Notes under the pieces: generated by a model
What the model saw: the letters and a program-made list of their open reading frames with translations, nothing else
Database searches by the model: none
Told to the model about the DNA's origin: nothing
Shown here: in pieces, positions 52,233-64,000 of the stretch
Layout: each line of letters opens with the position of its first letter
How positions within the stretch are numbered: the stretch's first letter is position 1
Program-made: the position numbers and the translations under genes
Source of the DNA: Convolutriloba macropyga
Taxonomy: Eukaryota
Reading direction: 5' to 3'
DNA: 64,000 nt
Assembly: GCF_964194025.1 (NCBI RefSeq)
Contig: NC_134470.1
Location: forward strand, 49,600,001-49,664,000

Positions 52233-52596
52233 CAGTGATAAGTGGATTCAAAACATGCAAGTTTCTCGCAAGAAACTTGTAGCAAATGAATCTTGCCCAA
52301 AGCATTGAAAGAACATTGAAAGAAGTTTATAGCTCTGGGTAGTAAATTATAGTCCCGATTATGACGTTAAGACAGGTTTCTTAACTAATAGACGTTCTAG
52401 TGGATTCGAAAATCTTGAAAGATTTTGCATTCCTAAACCTCGTAAAAGCAGTTTCTCTATCATGAAATGTACAAGAACAGAGAAAAAACAGATTATACGA
52501 AGTCAGACAAACCACTTCAGTTCATTTTCGAAAAATTGACTAATTTGGAAGACAAGTTCTGAAAGAATCTTGCAAGATTTCAATTTTTTCAACGGG
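52233..52596. mobile_element. cttgcaag-motif non-autonomous element whose left end (ccct, 51721) appears split by the 51726 MITE; relatives at ~53043-53183 and ~53640-53730
   Basis: Repeated (t)cttgcaag(a) motifs; ends caacggg. Confidence 0.55.
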
Positions 52597-53843
52597 TAAC
52601 TGATCAAAGAAAACACGATCAAAAATGATTTTTATTTCATTTTTTCAACTCAATTGACAATTTGAAAGAAAAATAAACAATTTTTAACTCTAAGCAAAAG
52701 AATGAAATTCTTGAGTTTTCTTTTCTTACGAAACATTATGACGCAGTGAGACAACCTTTTATATATGTATATACTGCGTTTCAATCTTGTTTTATTGTTC
52801 TCTTTGTTACGGAGGGCTGTGCAAGTGCGGAGGTTTTTTTTACTGCACTGTATCATTATTCCTATCGTGTATTCCATTAACTCTGCCACTGCTTGCCCCA
52901 AGGAATGAAAACAGAGGGAGGGAAGAACCACAAAAATCATACTGGAAATCTCAAAAAGTCAGTTTTTAACATGACTTAATTAGATTATCCGAAGATTGAT
53001 TAACCATTTCAGCTAGCCCAACCACCTAGTGCAGCTAGGTAACCGGGAAGAAAGCATCGAAGAAACCTGCAAGATGATTCAAAGCTTGCAAGAATTGTGC
53101 TAGCAGAATGGAAATAGTTGGTATTCCCTTGCAAGATTGCTTGCGAGATTCTGGAAAAGTTTCGAATTTTTCGATTGCTTGGGATTGTTTCCTGAGGATT
53201 TCAATTACAAAAAAGCGGAAAATATTCTAAAGACAGGTCAACAAAATCCGCAAGGTAATGAAGAACATATTTTAAGTTCTATTAGACTTTGTTTAACAAA
53301 TCGAACAAAATTTAACAAAATGGTGCTAGGAGTCTGTACTAGCCAGTAATGCATTAGATACGACAATTCACAAACAAAATTCCATCTGAAACTGATATTT
53401 TCAAATACAGAACAGTATATCACGTCTCATAATTTTTGTCATCTGAGAGCCTCTGGTATTCACGTCGGCTAACCGCTAGGACATTTTTCTAGATTTCAAG
53501 TATGGTGTCTTGGATGTGGTATCAAAAGGTTTTCATTTTTGGCCTCAATTCACGTCTGATTTTTTGCACACACATAGCAGTATAGGTAGTCTGGCCAACA
53601 ATTTCAATGAACACAGCCCTATAATCGAGATGGGACGATAAATTTACAAGATCTTGTACGATTGAAAAAGGTTATCTTGTAAGATCTTGCGAGACGAATT
53701 GATATCTTGAAAGATGTTGCAAGATTTTGAAAGACAAATATTCGAATTCGCTTCTGCCTGCCGTGAGCGTGAAATTTTGTTCAGGTCAGCAGCCATTAAA
53801 CCACAATGATTACTTCAGGTTATGAAGGGGTGTGCAGACTTAC

Positions 53844-53882
53844 CTTTCTCTTCTTCATCTGCGATCTCATTGAGTTTACGTT
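53844..53882 (-). CDS. FN3-like gene small exon E (ERKLNEIADEEEK)
   Basis: ttgcag acceptor, GTAAGT donor, 39 nt, phase 1/1 compatible with exons D and F. Confidence 0.65.
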
Positions 53883-56800
53883 CTGCAATTGATAAACGTA
53901 TATAAGAATTTGTAAGTACTTTAGTAATTCTAGAAAAAAGGTGACTGAAATTAATTACGAATACAGCTAAAACTATGAAGAAACACTCAAGTGCAAGTTT
54001 CTAGTCATTCAAGAACTGCTCACTTACTCGAAGTCTCCGCTGAAAAAAGATTTCAATTGCTTCCAAACAAAAGCCATCAATGTTAAACAAACATACTGCA
54101 AGATTTATGTCAAGCTATGGAATGTTTCAGAACTCTAGAAAGTACCAAAAACAAAGATTTTGCAAAAGCAGCAATGCTAAACATTCACAAATTACAAACA
54201 ATCAGCAGAACATCTTTTGAAACTACAATTTCAGCACTACTTTGAAAATCTTTTCAGAATTTAGTTTCTCTAATTACAAAATACCTATAATTTTAAGTAC
54301 TATAAAAGTAAGAGGTCAAAGCATCGTATAGTGGAAATTTAGGTTACATCGTATAGGTTACAAACACAATAGTTTAAAAAATGTTCAAAAGCAATGAGAC
54401 ATTAGAATAGCAAGTTTCAGAACGCCCAAAGTCAGCAGTTCCAGATGTCAGATTTAACAATGTCAGAAACTGATAAAAGTGAGATCTCAGAAATAAATTG
54501 ACACAATTTATGTTTTGAAATAATTATGTGGCTGACAAGAACTTTCTTCAAACTTCTAGTTAAAATCTGGAGCCACTGTGCGCTTCTCAATTAATGCTGA
54601 AAATTATTTTTTTCGCTGACCGGAAAAAAATTTGAGGCATTGTAATGGCAATGGAATCTTTTTTGCCATAAAAACATAGAGTGAGTTAAAGTTCTAATGC
54701 GAGGTCGAAAAAACACAAATAAATTTTTTATCATATAAATGATATCAAAAAATTGTGAAAAACGATACTTTCTCATCAACAAAATTCAATTGAAGTACTG
54801 AAAAGTACATACCTTATAATATGCATCGGTTCAATCATTTATTTACTTCCTGATAAAAAGAATAGATTTTTAGACATAAAATTTAAAACAAAAACCATTT
54901 GCAGTTGCCTGAATACATTCTATTCAATAAAAGTTCTTTTTAAGTTTTTAGCATATCATCTCAATTTGTCATCATCAAAATTTATTACTTTTTCTCGATG
55001 AGTTTAAAGAATTGCCTGAATACGGGTTCTAAAATTAATTTAATGAAATTAGTACATCGATAGCTCTAACAAGTCTCAAAAAAGTTAACAGATTTAATCC
55101 CAGATTTATCTATTTTTGAAATTTGGCGAATTTAGATCAGAAGTGCAACGGTAGTTTACACTCCATAATGAAAACAAAACATTTTTCGAAAAAAGAAAAT
55201 AAATCTGATTTCGCTCTAATTTTTCCGCAAAAAAGTTTTGGAACTGAATTTTAAAAAAATAACGATGCAATAACCTAATTAAGAAAAGAAGAAAAATGGT
55301 TTTCCCGAATATGATAAAAAATTTTCAGATACCTTGTTTCGAAAATTGGCGCCAGGTGAAAGTTTCCAAAATTGGTGCCAGGTGAAAAAAAAGACACAAA
55401 CAGATACAGGAAAGGGTTGATAAAACTGTCAAATACTTTTCTAAACTACGCAAGAAAACTTTCAGCGATAAACTGATATAACTTGTTTAGTTTCATTCCA
55501 AAAGACCCATTTCATTAGTGAGTTTTTTATGCAATTTAATTTTGCTGACTTCATAGAATTTGAAATATAACTAAAATTTCAAAAAACAAAATGAAATTTC
55601 TTCAGGAATAAGTCTCGTATTTTCAAAATATAATCACGTAAATGACGTAAAAACCCCCGGTAGAGATAGTGAGAAAAACGTGCAAAATTTGTTAGTGCGC
55701 GAAAGATCATTTTCGATTCTTCTTTGTGTACAATTTCAAAACAATCAAAAACATCAGACCAAGAAAAAATTTCATTGACGAAACCCAACCTGGACCTTGG
55801 AGGCTTAAGAAGCTGAAAACAATTTGGCTCATTTAAACAAAAAATTAATGTCCAGAAAAATTACACTCAATTCGTTTTTTCACCTGCAATGAATTTCACA
55901 GAGCTGCATCTTTAATAAAATATGTTTTGCGCTGAAAAACTTTTTTGCTTTTGGTTTCATTAACCACTAATTAACCACTCCAATGTGACCTCAAATTAAA
56001 AAAAAAGTGAGCTTATCCTTAAAAAATCAAGCCTCAACATTTACGATTACGACTTGAAGTAAGAAGCTGATCAAACTAGCTGTTTTTTGCAACATATTTT
56101 TTTGTAATTCTTAAAACATCTTATAGGAGAAATAGGAAACTAATCCACAGATTAAATTACAATAATCTTTAACCTACATTGTTCTACGATAAACAGTAGC
56201 CTAGTTTACAAACAATCCGAGAAATTATATCATATATCAAAAACCTTTCAAAATCAGTCGATCTAGAATGTTAAAAACCCATAGATTATGCATCCGTTTT
56301 ACGCGTCTCATAAGTTCTTCAGTGGAAAGTCAAGTTTTACTGAGAGCGATATATATTTCTTTCCTATTGTACTGACGGTTATGTTGTAGAAACAGTTTGT
56401 AGTTTGCATCTGTCTACGTTTTAGAGCTTTTTTTCAAGAGCTAACAGGAAATAACAAGAATTTTTGTGAGACAAAAAATGGATGCACAGTTGAAACTCGT
56501 AGTGCTGGACAGAGCACAATACCTAAACTGCAAACCAATAATAAAATAGTTCAGATGAATTGCGGAGACAAAGTTTTTGTAAGAGTTTCCGCGGAATTCA
56601 ACTTTTTGCTCAGCTGCAAATGTGAGCTCAAAATGAGGACTAGAGACTAAACGCAACACTACATAAAGTGATATGAACTAGATATATTGTAACCAAAAAC
56701 AAAAGAAATATTGTTTTGTTGAAGCGCATAATTAGGGACTAGTAAGGCGATAGGCTCTAAGAGAACTGCTGAGAAACCTATAGCCCCTGTTTTATATCGT

Positions 56801-57320
56801 ATTTGAGGACGAAGAGTCAAATTATCGGACAAAAAAAACTATCAGAAAAAGCCGATATAAAGTCCTGCACGGTTAATATAATTTGCTACAAATTTCTTTA
56901 GAGAGCATCAAATAATTAAGCAGGATTGAAAATCATTTTTTAAAAAAACTATATCAAATCCTGTAAAATGTGGATAAATTGGAAAAAGAAAATCTGTCGA
57001 AATCAGTATTTTGTTCTCAAAATTTTGTTGCATTCGTGAAATAAATATTTTTGAGTTGTAATCAGACGGCGCTCCAAGTCAATTCAAATTGTTTTGTTAA
57101 AAACCTAGAGTTCAGAAATGTGGCTTCGCTCGGCGTCGAGCTTTGCAGCTATGAAAAATGAAAATCGGGCTTCTAATTGATATGAAGAAGATCGGCAGGT
57201 CATCTTTTGACAATTGAGAGCTTATATACTTACTCGCTTGAGTTCCATTTCCGATAATTTTTCCGCTTAATTTGCAGAAAATTAATACTTGGTAGAAACC
57301 GGTGAGTAATAAATTCTAAC

Positions 57321-57527
57321 CAAGAGACCATAGAGACCACTGGACCACAGCACTGGATCCCTTAACATCCACAATCTTGATATTCTGAGGTGGGTGGACC
57401 AGCCCTCTGTATGGTACCACAACACTGTACCCTGGCAAACATCCCTCGTATCCCGCAATAGGTTTAGTCTGTTGCTGAATTTTCTTTGTCTCAGCCACCA
57501 GGCCCTGAAGTTTTCTCTGCTCAGCAG
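57321..57527 (-). CDS. FN3-like gene exon D (AEQRKLQ..GYEGCLPGYSVVVPYRGLVHPPQNIKIVDVKGSSAVVQWSL)
   Basis: PP-N..V.W FN3 start; atttag acceptor, GTTAGA donor; phase 1/1. Confidence 0.8.
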
Positions 57528-58296
57528 CTAAATAGGTTATAAACAACTGAATTGTAAGGAAATTTAGACTGATCAGCGAATTTTGATATCTGATTAAAGC
57601 TTTCATATGGCATTTTGAGAGTTTTGATTGTCTACCTATTTTTTGGATTTTTATGATTAAGGTGGCTCCAAATAGAGCCACTTTTTAGAGCCACTAATAC
57701 ACAAGAAGATCAGTATTTAGCGCTCAGTATTTAAAATAAGTATTTAAAATCAGTATTTAAAATAAGTTGCATTAGGAATTGAAATCAACAACAACAATGT
57801 ATAAATAATTCAAGTAGGACCATCCTTGTTAGTTAAATTCGGGCGTGCGTTTTTGGTGGTTCGAGTAAAAATCTGTTCATAACCATTTTACGTCAAGCAA
57901 AACCTTTTCATAAGTAGAGTAATCAAAAACTTTTCAGCAGTCGAGCTAAAGTCTTTTATTGTCTCGGATAACAAATTTCTGATCTTTTCCGTTTGTGCCC
58001 CCCAGCTTAGTTATTATTTATATTATTTATAGCTATATTATTTGCACTCCCCAGACGCATGTGCCATATTTTTACATGATGATTCACTATGTAATGGCAC
58101 GTGTTCTGTAACTGGGGGGCGCATAACGTACTGGGGAGGGGGGCACAAAAGGAAAAGATCCCGAATTTCTGAAAAGAAAGCTGATGTAGGTTCATTGAAG
58201 TTTCATGGAAGAACGTCTAAATGTCATAAGTCGAGGTGTAAACCTGGGAACAGGCTTCTGCAGATGGGAATCGTTCGGGACAAAAGGGAAACTAAC

Positions 58297-58510
58297 TCTC
58301 CAATTTGGCACTTGAGTTGACCTTCATGAAGTACTGAGTGCTAGTGAATCCTTGAATGATGAATGGCTTCCGACAGATTTGATGCTCGCACAGGGCCACC
58401 AGCTGGATTCTGTAGAATGATCCTGGAACTGCCTCATCTATGCAGCCAACCCGGGCGGAGGAGGAGAGCACTGGACCATAGGGCTGACCGTCTTTGATCA
58501 GTTGGTAACC
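58297..58510 (-). CDS. FN3-like gene exon C (GYQLIKDGQPYGPVL..PGSFYRIQLVAL)
   Basis: ctgcag acceptor, phase 0; GY and PG..Y.IQLVA FN3 pattern; donor GTTAGT, phase 1 (3' boundary inferred from phase). Confidence 0.8.
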
Positions 58511-58615
58511 CTGCAGTCCATTTCCAGGTATGAATTATCCATTAATTTAACATACATAATGCTTAGCACAAGTCGTTGATTTTTTTTTCTTTTGGGGGGG
58601 GGGGGGGCAACTTAC

Positions 58616-58813
58616 ACTGACGTGTGCGTCTCCAAACTCTTGAGGGTCCTCCCACTGCATTTGGAATCCCCCCTGGTAGAAGCACTTTGCAGTGAGGGTG
58701 CCAGGGATGGGTGGGGCACATGGTGTGAAGTAGACTGAGTTGGACTCCTCTGAGATGATCTCACACACTCCGAATGATCCAGTCCGGCTCACTTCGTTCG
58801 TGCCCGCATGTGT
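58616..58813 (-). CDS. FN3-like gene exon B (THAGTNEV..SEESNSV..PPIPG..MQWEDPQEFGDAHVS)
   Basis: gtacag acceptor, GTAAGT donor, 198 nt, phase 0/0; W..P...G FN3 pattern. Confidence 0.85.
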
Positions 58814-59228
58814 CTGTACAAACAATGGCAATTTGTAAATTAAGATTGCATCACCCATTAGATCCCATCAAACTAAGTTTTGCTTATTTCAATTTTTATG
58901 CTCTAAATTTATATATTGATGTCTTGTAAACAAATTCTTTATCTTGTTTTTCATTAAATTTTATTAAATTATTGAATCTTCAGGTTTTTAAATGCCATTC
59001 TGAATTTGTATCCAGAATTGAGTGCAAGATTTCATTCGTTTGTAATTCAAATTCCATTTTCTCTATGTTTATACATTCATTTTAGTTACCACTGCAAACT
59101 TCAGCACTTTTATCGGATTAACCCCCTTATCCCCCTACTTGATTGTTTGGCTTTAATCTAAATATTAATAAGAGCATGCCCGTTGCCGCGGCTTATGAAA
59201 AACAGGCCCTCCGCAAATAATAGATACA

Positions 59229-60478
59229 CACTAAAACCCTCTCGTGTGAAATCACACGATTTTTTCACGTGTGATCAAAAATCAAGCGATTTTTTGTGTG
59301 AAAGAAGCGTCTCATGTGATTTCACATAAAAAAATTTTCCGCGTGGGATGAAAATTTACATAAAGTAAAATTTTTCATGAACACTCATTCTGGTTTAAGT
59401 GCTGAAAACCAGAAAAAAAAACAGCCTAGATTAGATTTGACCGGCTTCCTCACTTTTGAATATCGGCATTGAATAATTTCCGACTAAACTTGATAAGGTT
59501 GAACCAGACTCAAAAACAGTTGAATATGGAACAAAAAGAAAACTGAACGAAAGAAACCTTACATAAGAATGTTACTTCAATAGAATAATTTTCAATCATA
59601 TCGGTAGTTTGAATCATACGCAGTTTTTCAGTGGATGAATACCAAATTTAACAAGAGCAAATGAATTTGATGAACTTCTAAAAAAATAGGGTCAAGAGTT
59701 TAACCCGACTTCTGTCTCATTATCGTTTGCTCTTCTAGCATCGGCTGATAGTTTGACCTCCCAATTCCATGAACATTGATTTGATTTCGTCGAAAAAAAA
59801 TTGGCTGTTTCCTTGAATGACGGCTTTCACAGCGAAATTATAAAACCAAAACTAAACCTTTTGCTTGCTACATCATTGTTTAATTCATAATTGAAAAAAT
59901 GTTTTAATTAAGAACATTCTTTCGAGAGCGCAGTTTATTCATTGCTTTTATAAAATTTTCTGTCAGAAATCAAGGCTGGGGCTGCTGAGGAACTAGATTA
60001 CGATATTTTCTGTGCACATTATTCGTAGGGTTAGATTACATGAAATATAGTGTGTCGACATACATTTTTCGAGGAAAAAGTGGCACACAATAAATCTGGC
60101 TGTTACTTGTTTGTTCATATAAAATTACATGCGTTCCATGGGCTGCACATTTTTTTTTGATTTACATGAAATTTCATGTAATTTTTCATGCAAAAGCACA
60201 CGAATTTTTGTTTGTTTCCACAAGACTTTTGTGCTATTTCACATGCATAAATTTTCATATGACTAACACATGACATTTCGTTCGGTTTTATTTGAGAATC
60301 ACATGAAATTTCATTTAAATCATACAAAAATTGTGATGCCCAACCCGAGAAATTGATGTAAATTTGTATGAAAAATCATGCAACAGCCAGATTTATCGTG
60401 TCACTTTTTTCCCGAAAAAACGTTTGTCGGTACACGATTTTTCGGGTGATCTCACACGAGTTCTTCCTTGGTTTAGTG
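59229..60478. mobile_element. Non-autonomous CACTA-terminal element with internal palindromes
   Basis: cactaaaacc..ctcgtgtgaaatcac / gtgatctcacacgag..ggtttagtg; additional inverted pair ~60040-60110 vs ~60380-60440; no exact TSD. Confidence 0.7.
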
Positions 60479-60969
60479 AATCAATGTTTAACGAATTCAA
60501 TTCTAGACTTGCACATGATCTTTAACATCGTTACATTTTGACCACCAAAGAAAATATTTGTTAGTTGTAATTTGCACCACCCCAAAATCAAAAATGAGAA
60601 AATAAGTCACCTAGTAGGTTAACTTTCACAAGAGCAAAAAATTTAGAGGCAATTTTTGCAGCTGGTTTCTACAAAGATAACACTTACGTATACATACGTA
60701 TACTTTATACCTACATTTGACAGTAATGATCCCAAAAATACAATAACGCCATCAGCGCTACCCTGTTTTCCTGAAAAGGTAAAACATTACAAATGAGGAT
60801 CAGAATATGTAGTATTTTGCTTATCACAAAAATGGGGGCCAAAAAATTGGATGGAATGAACGCACGACACCCTGATTATCTGTGCTAAAAGATTCGGATG
60901 AGGAGCATTTCGTTTCAATTTCAATTCAGTTATATAGCTTTTTGAGAAAAGTTATGAATCTCAACGCAC

Positions 60970-61150
60970 CTGGACATAGCATCTGTACTCTTGTCCGAGA
61001 TTGAGGTCCTGGAATGTGTACTGCATCTGTCTGGATGCGACAGCTATCTTCTGGAACAAGAATGCCCTGTGTTCTCCATGTGCTATGTAGATGCTGCACC
61101 AGTTGGCTCGCTCAAACTTCTGCTCAGTGCCTGACACGTGCCATTGAATC
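60970..61150 (-). CDS. FN3-like gene exon A (IQWHVSG..YTFQDLNLGQEYRCYVQ)
   Basis: gtgtag acceptor, GTGCGT donor, phase 0 joining exon B; FN3 L..G.EY motif. Confidence 0.85.
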
Positions 61151-61476
61151 CTACACAAAGATCAACAAAATTAAACTGAGCCTTTTCTAATCCTTTTTTA
61201 AAATGTTTTTTGAAATATTTTGTGATTAGGTTGCTTTTTGTGAGTTTTAAAAATCGTTAGCCAGGTCCATGCCATAGAGACCTCTGATCGGACCATCTTC
61301 AGTTGCGCGGGAACGAGAATTGCACTCCAAATAACAGAACCTGGATCTCGTTTTGAACGCACAGAAGTGTGGAACAATTCTCTGACATATGTTTGTATTG
61401 ATTTTTCGAATACACAATGAAGACAATTTCATTTCCTCAGCGCCAGTTTAACTATGTTACTGAATAAATCAACTTA

Positions 61477-61849
61477 CCCTAGTCCAGAAGGCCGAACAAA
61501 AACGACGCAAGAAATGTTCGGCATGCTCGGCTTTCCACGTACTAAATTGTCGGTATGTTCGACTTGTTCGATATGTTTGGTTTCAAACGTAGGGAATCGT
61601 CGGTGTGTTTGGTATGGAACGTAAGAAAGCTGCGGTAAGTTCGGTTTAGCCAGAATCGGTATGTTCGGTTTAGCAATATTCTGTATGTTCGGTCTGGAAC
61701 GTAAGAAAAATTCTGTATATTCGGTTTAGACAGATTCGGTATTTTTGGTTTATAGACGTAAGAAACGTTCGGTATCCTTGGTTTCATATGTAAGAAATTA
61801 TCGGCAAGTTCGGTTAACAACGTAGGAAAACTTCGGTATGTTGTTCGGG
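61477..61849. mobile_element. CCC...GGG element with repeated ttcggt/cggtatg motifs
   Basis: Starts ccctag, ends gttcggg; many gttcggt repeats. Confidence 0.55.
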
Positions 61850-63501
61850 AATTTAATTTAGAAAATGAAGTCCCGGGGTTCTGTTAAGCTTGTTTTCTGA
61901 TTGATTGAGGTTGTTTGATCCTGATATGAAATTATTTTGTTCAAACGTAATTCTAGTTCTAAAACAGTTAAATGTATTTTTTGACAAATTAGTAAAGTAT
62001 TTTTTTATGTTAAAAAACCTCACAAAGCTGAAAAGTAAAAAATGCATTTCACAAAGTATCTTCAATAATTGTTTCCAGTTTGGAAATAGTTTTCTATTTT
62101 TCAGCTGTGCCTTGTTCATGACACAATGAAACCACTCTTAGCAATCCCTATCTTTCTACAAAAAAAATATTAATATTCATTATCTGGAGTGTTTTTCCAC
62201 ACGATAAAATACAGTTTTCCATAATTGATATTAATTTCACACACTTATAACCAAATTTCATTGAATGAAAACTCGTATATGATTAGTAGCGATTACCAGT
62301 TCAAAAAAAAACATTAGTCGATTGATACAAGACTATCAGAACACACTAACAAAAATTGGCTGCAAGAGAAGAAAGAGAAGCAGTCTTGCCTGAATTTTTC
62401 AACTCAAAAGCAACAAAACGGGAGAGCACAGGGGATTTTAAAAAATTTAAAATCAGTAATGTCACGACAATTCAAAAAATCTAAATTTGCAATCTCCCAT
62501 CTCAAAAAGTGAAACGCGCAAAATATGCTTAAAACAAAATTGTTCTGAAAAATAATTGGTAAATTTTTTCTCGAAACAATTAAACAAGGGCAGCTTCCAA
62601 AACGTTCATTGCTAAATCATGTAGCTCAACAACAAAACACTACAAAATCATAACAATCAGTAGTTTTGGTTTTATCTGTTTATAATTTCACAATTTCTTG
62701 ATATAAACAACAAATTGGTAGACAATAAAAGCATAGAGATAGAGTTACCTGTTAATATTTTTTTCGATCATCGCTTTTTGCATTGAATTAAGTAAAAAAA
62801 ATTGATACATTGCTTCCGGTGTAAATTTTTTAAAAAAGCTATCGGTGTTAATTTTCTTTGGATTTTTAAAAACATGATCTGGATTGGTCGCTTTTTGAGA
62901 AAAAATTTATATATCAAATATATATTTTATTTTCATATTAAGTATGTATTTTTATATATTATATTTTAAATGACTATGATTTAATAGGTTTGAAAGTAAA
63001 ACCCAATATATTTCTGTCGTGTTGATACGTTGGCAAATTGAAAGCATGTCAACGTGTCTGCCCTCTATTCATTTTGCTATCTCGGATTGTAGGTGATGAT
63101 ATTTAATAATCGACGCTACAAATTGTATGTTGAAAAGTGCTGAAGTTATTTCCGCGGCTTTTGCCTCTAACTGGCTAGACATTCCGTTCTTTTTATTCTT
63201 CTGCAGGGGCGCCGCGAATTTGGGTCAGTATATCGGTCCACTTGTCTTTTGGTCAAGCCATGTCATCGTCATTTATCGGAATTATGCTCTCATCGTCACT
63301 GCTACTTCGTATTGGGGGCTCTTTATCTGCAAGTTCAGCTGGACTAGGATGTTTTGCGATAGTGGTAGTTGGTAATTGATCACTGGAGTGAGTTCGGTAG
63401 GCGACTTATTTAAGCTATGGTTGTTTGCTGAGAGGATACTGCTCAAACTGTTCTTTACAATATCGGCATTAACTGAATTGATCAAAATCTTAATGTATTA
63501 A

Positions 63502-63572
63502 TGTGTGTGTGCGTGTGTGTGTTTGTGTGTGTGTGCAGGTGTGTGTGTGTGTGTGCGTGTGTGTGTGTGTGT
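63502..63572. repeat. (GT)n microsatellite, interrupted
   Basis: Directly visible. Confidence 0.95.
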
Positions 63573-64000
63573 GATGAATGTGAAAGGAGCGTTGACGCAC
63601 AGATGTTGGAAGAGGTGGGACGGGGTTGGGGGGGGGGGTAGATTGACATTGCCATTATTTCAATTCTGCCGAGTTAAGGAGTCGAGACACCCAAAAAATA
63701 GGTTTCGAAGCTCCTTTGTGTGTATGCGGCGTTTATAAGTGCGTTCGAAAAGAGCATAAACATGAATGAAAGAGAAGTTCTTTTGAAGATGTTCGCCGAT
63801 TTACCATAGCGAAAAAAAAATGTATTTGAGCCATACAGGACTATCAAATGGAGTTCGGCCTTAAGAGAGATTAGAGAAGCAATCTTCCATGAAGTGTTCA
63901 CCGTAAAAGGTCTGAACTGGGTAGACAAAGAGAATTAAAAAATTTTTGCTAGAGGCAGCTTCTTGATTTTCAATCTGCCATCTCAAAGAGTAAAACTCGC

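Noticed and set aside
60712-60771. Extra exon of the FN3-like gene between exons A and B
   Set aside because: AG/GT-bounded but ends in a stop codon in the required phase; A and B join cleanly without it.
63127-63485. GC-richer patch as an upstream exon
   Set aside because: Minus-strand frames contain stops and no convincing splice pair was found.

Overview
AT-rich, intron- and transposon-rich eukaryotic (invertebrate metazoan-like) DNA with two assembly gaps (6284-6306, 50005-50204); the organism cannot be determined from the window. Host genes: (1) a two-exon GT29 sialyltransferase of ST6GalNAc III-VI type on + (22689-23379, 28239-28540); (2) a long minus-strand multi-exon gene with fibronectin-III-like exons (six phase-compatible exons 61150 to 37248, possibly also 5762-5960), whose introns hold much of the rest. 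Mobile DNA: a young, full-length but ORF-disrupted BEL/Pao LTR retrotransposon (38608-49813; 236-bp LTRs differing at one site; GGTTC TSD), an old Copia remnant (~415-4765), a 5'-truncated CRE-type non-LTR element (10703-13205), and many non-autonomous CCC...GGG/CACTA-type and TA-flanked MITE-like elements. Most notable: a ~4-kb non-coding array of 39 x 101-bp units, each with three hairpins, inside the 5' leader of the BEL element. Second: a complete Pol III-type tRNA-like unit embedded in an inverted, higher-order minisatellite that is fused to the CRE element. All calls are by eye; coordinates of degenerate elements are approximate.
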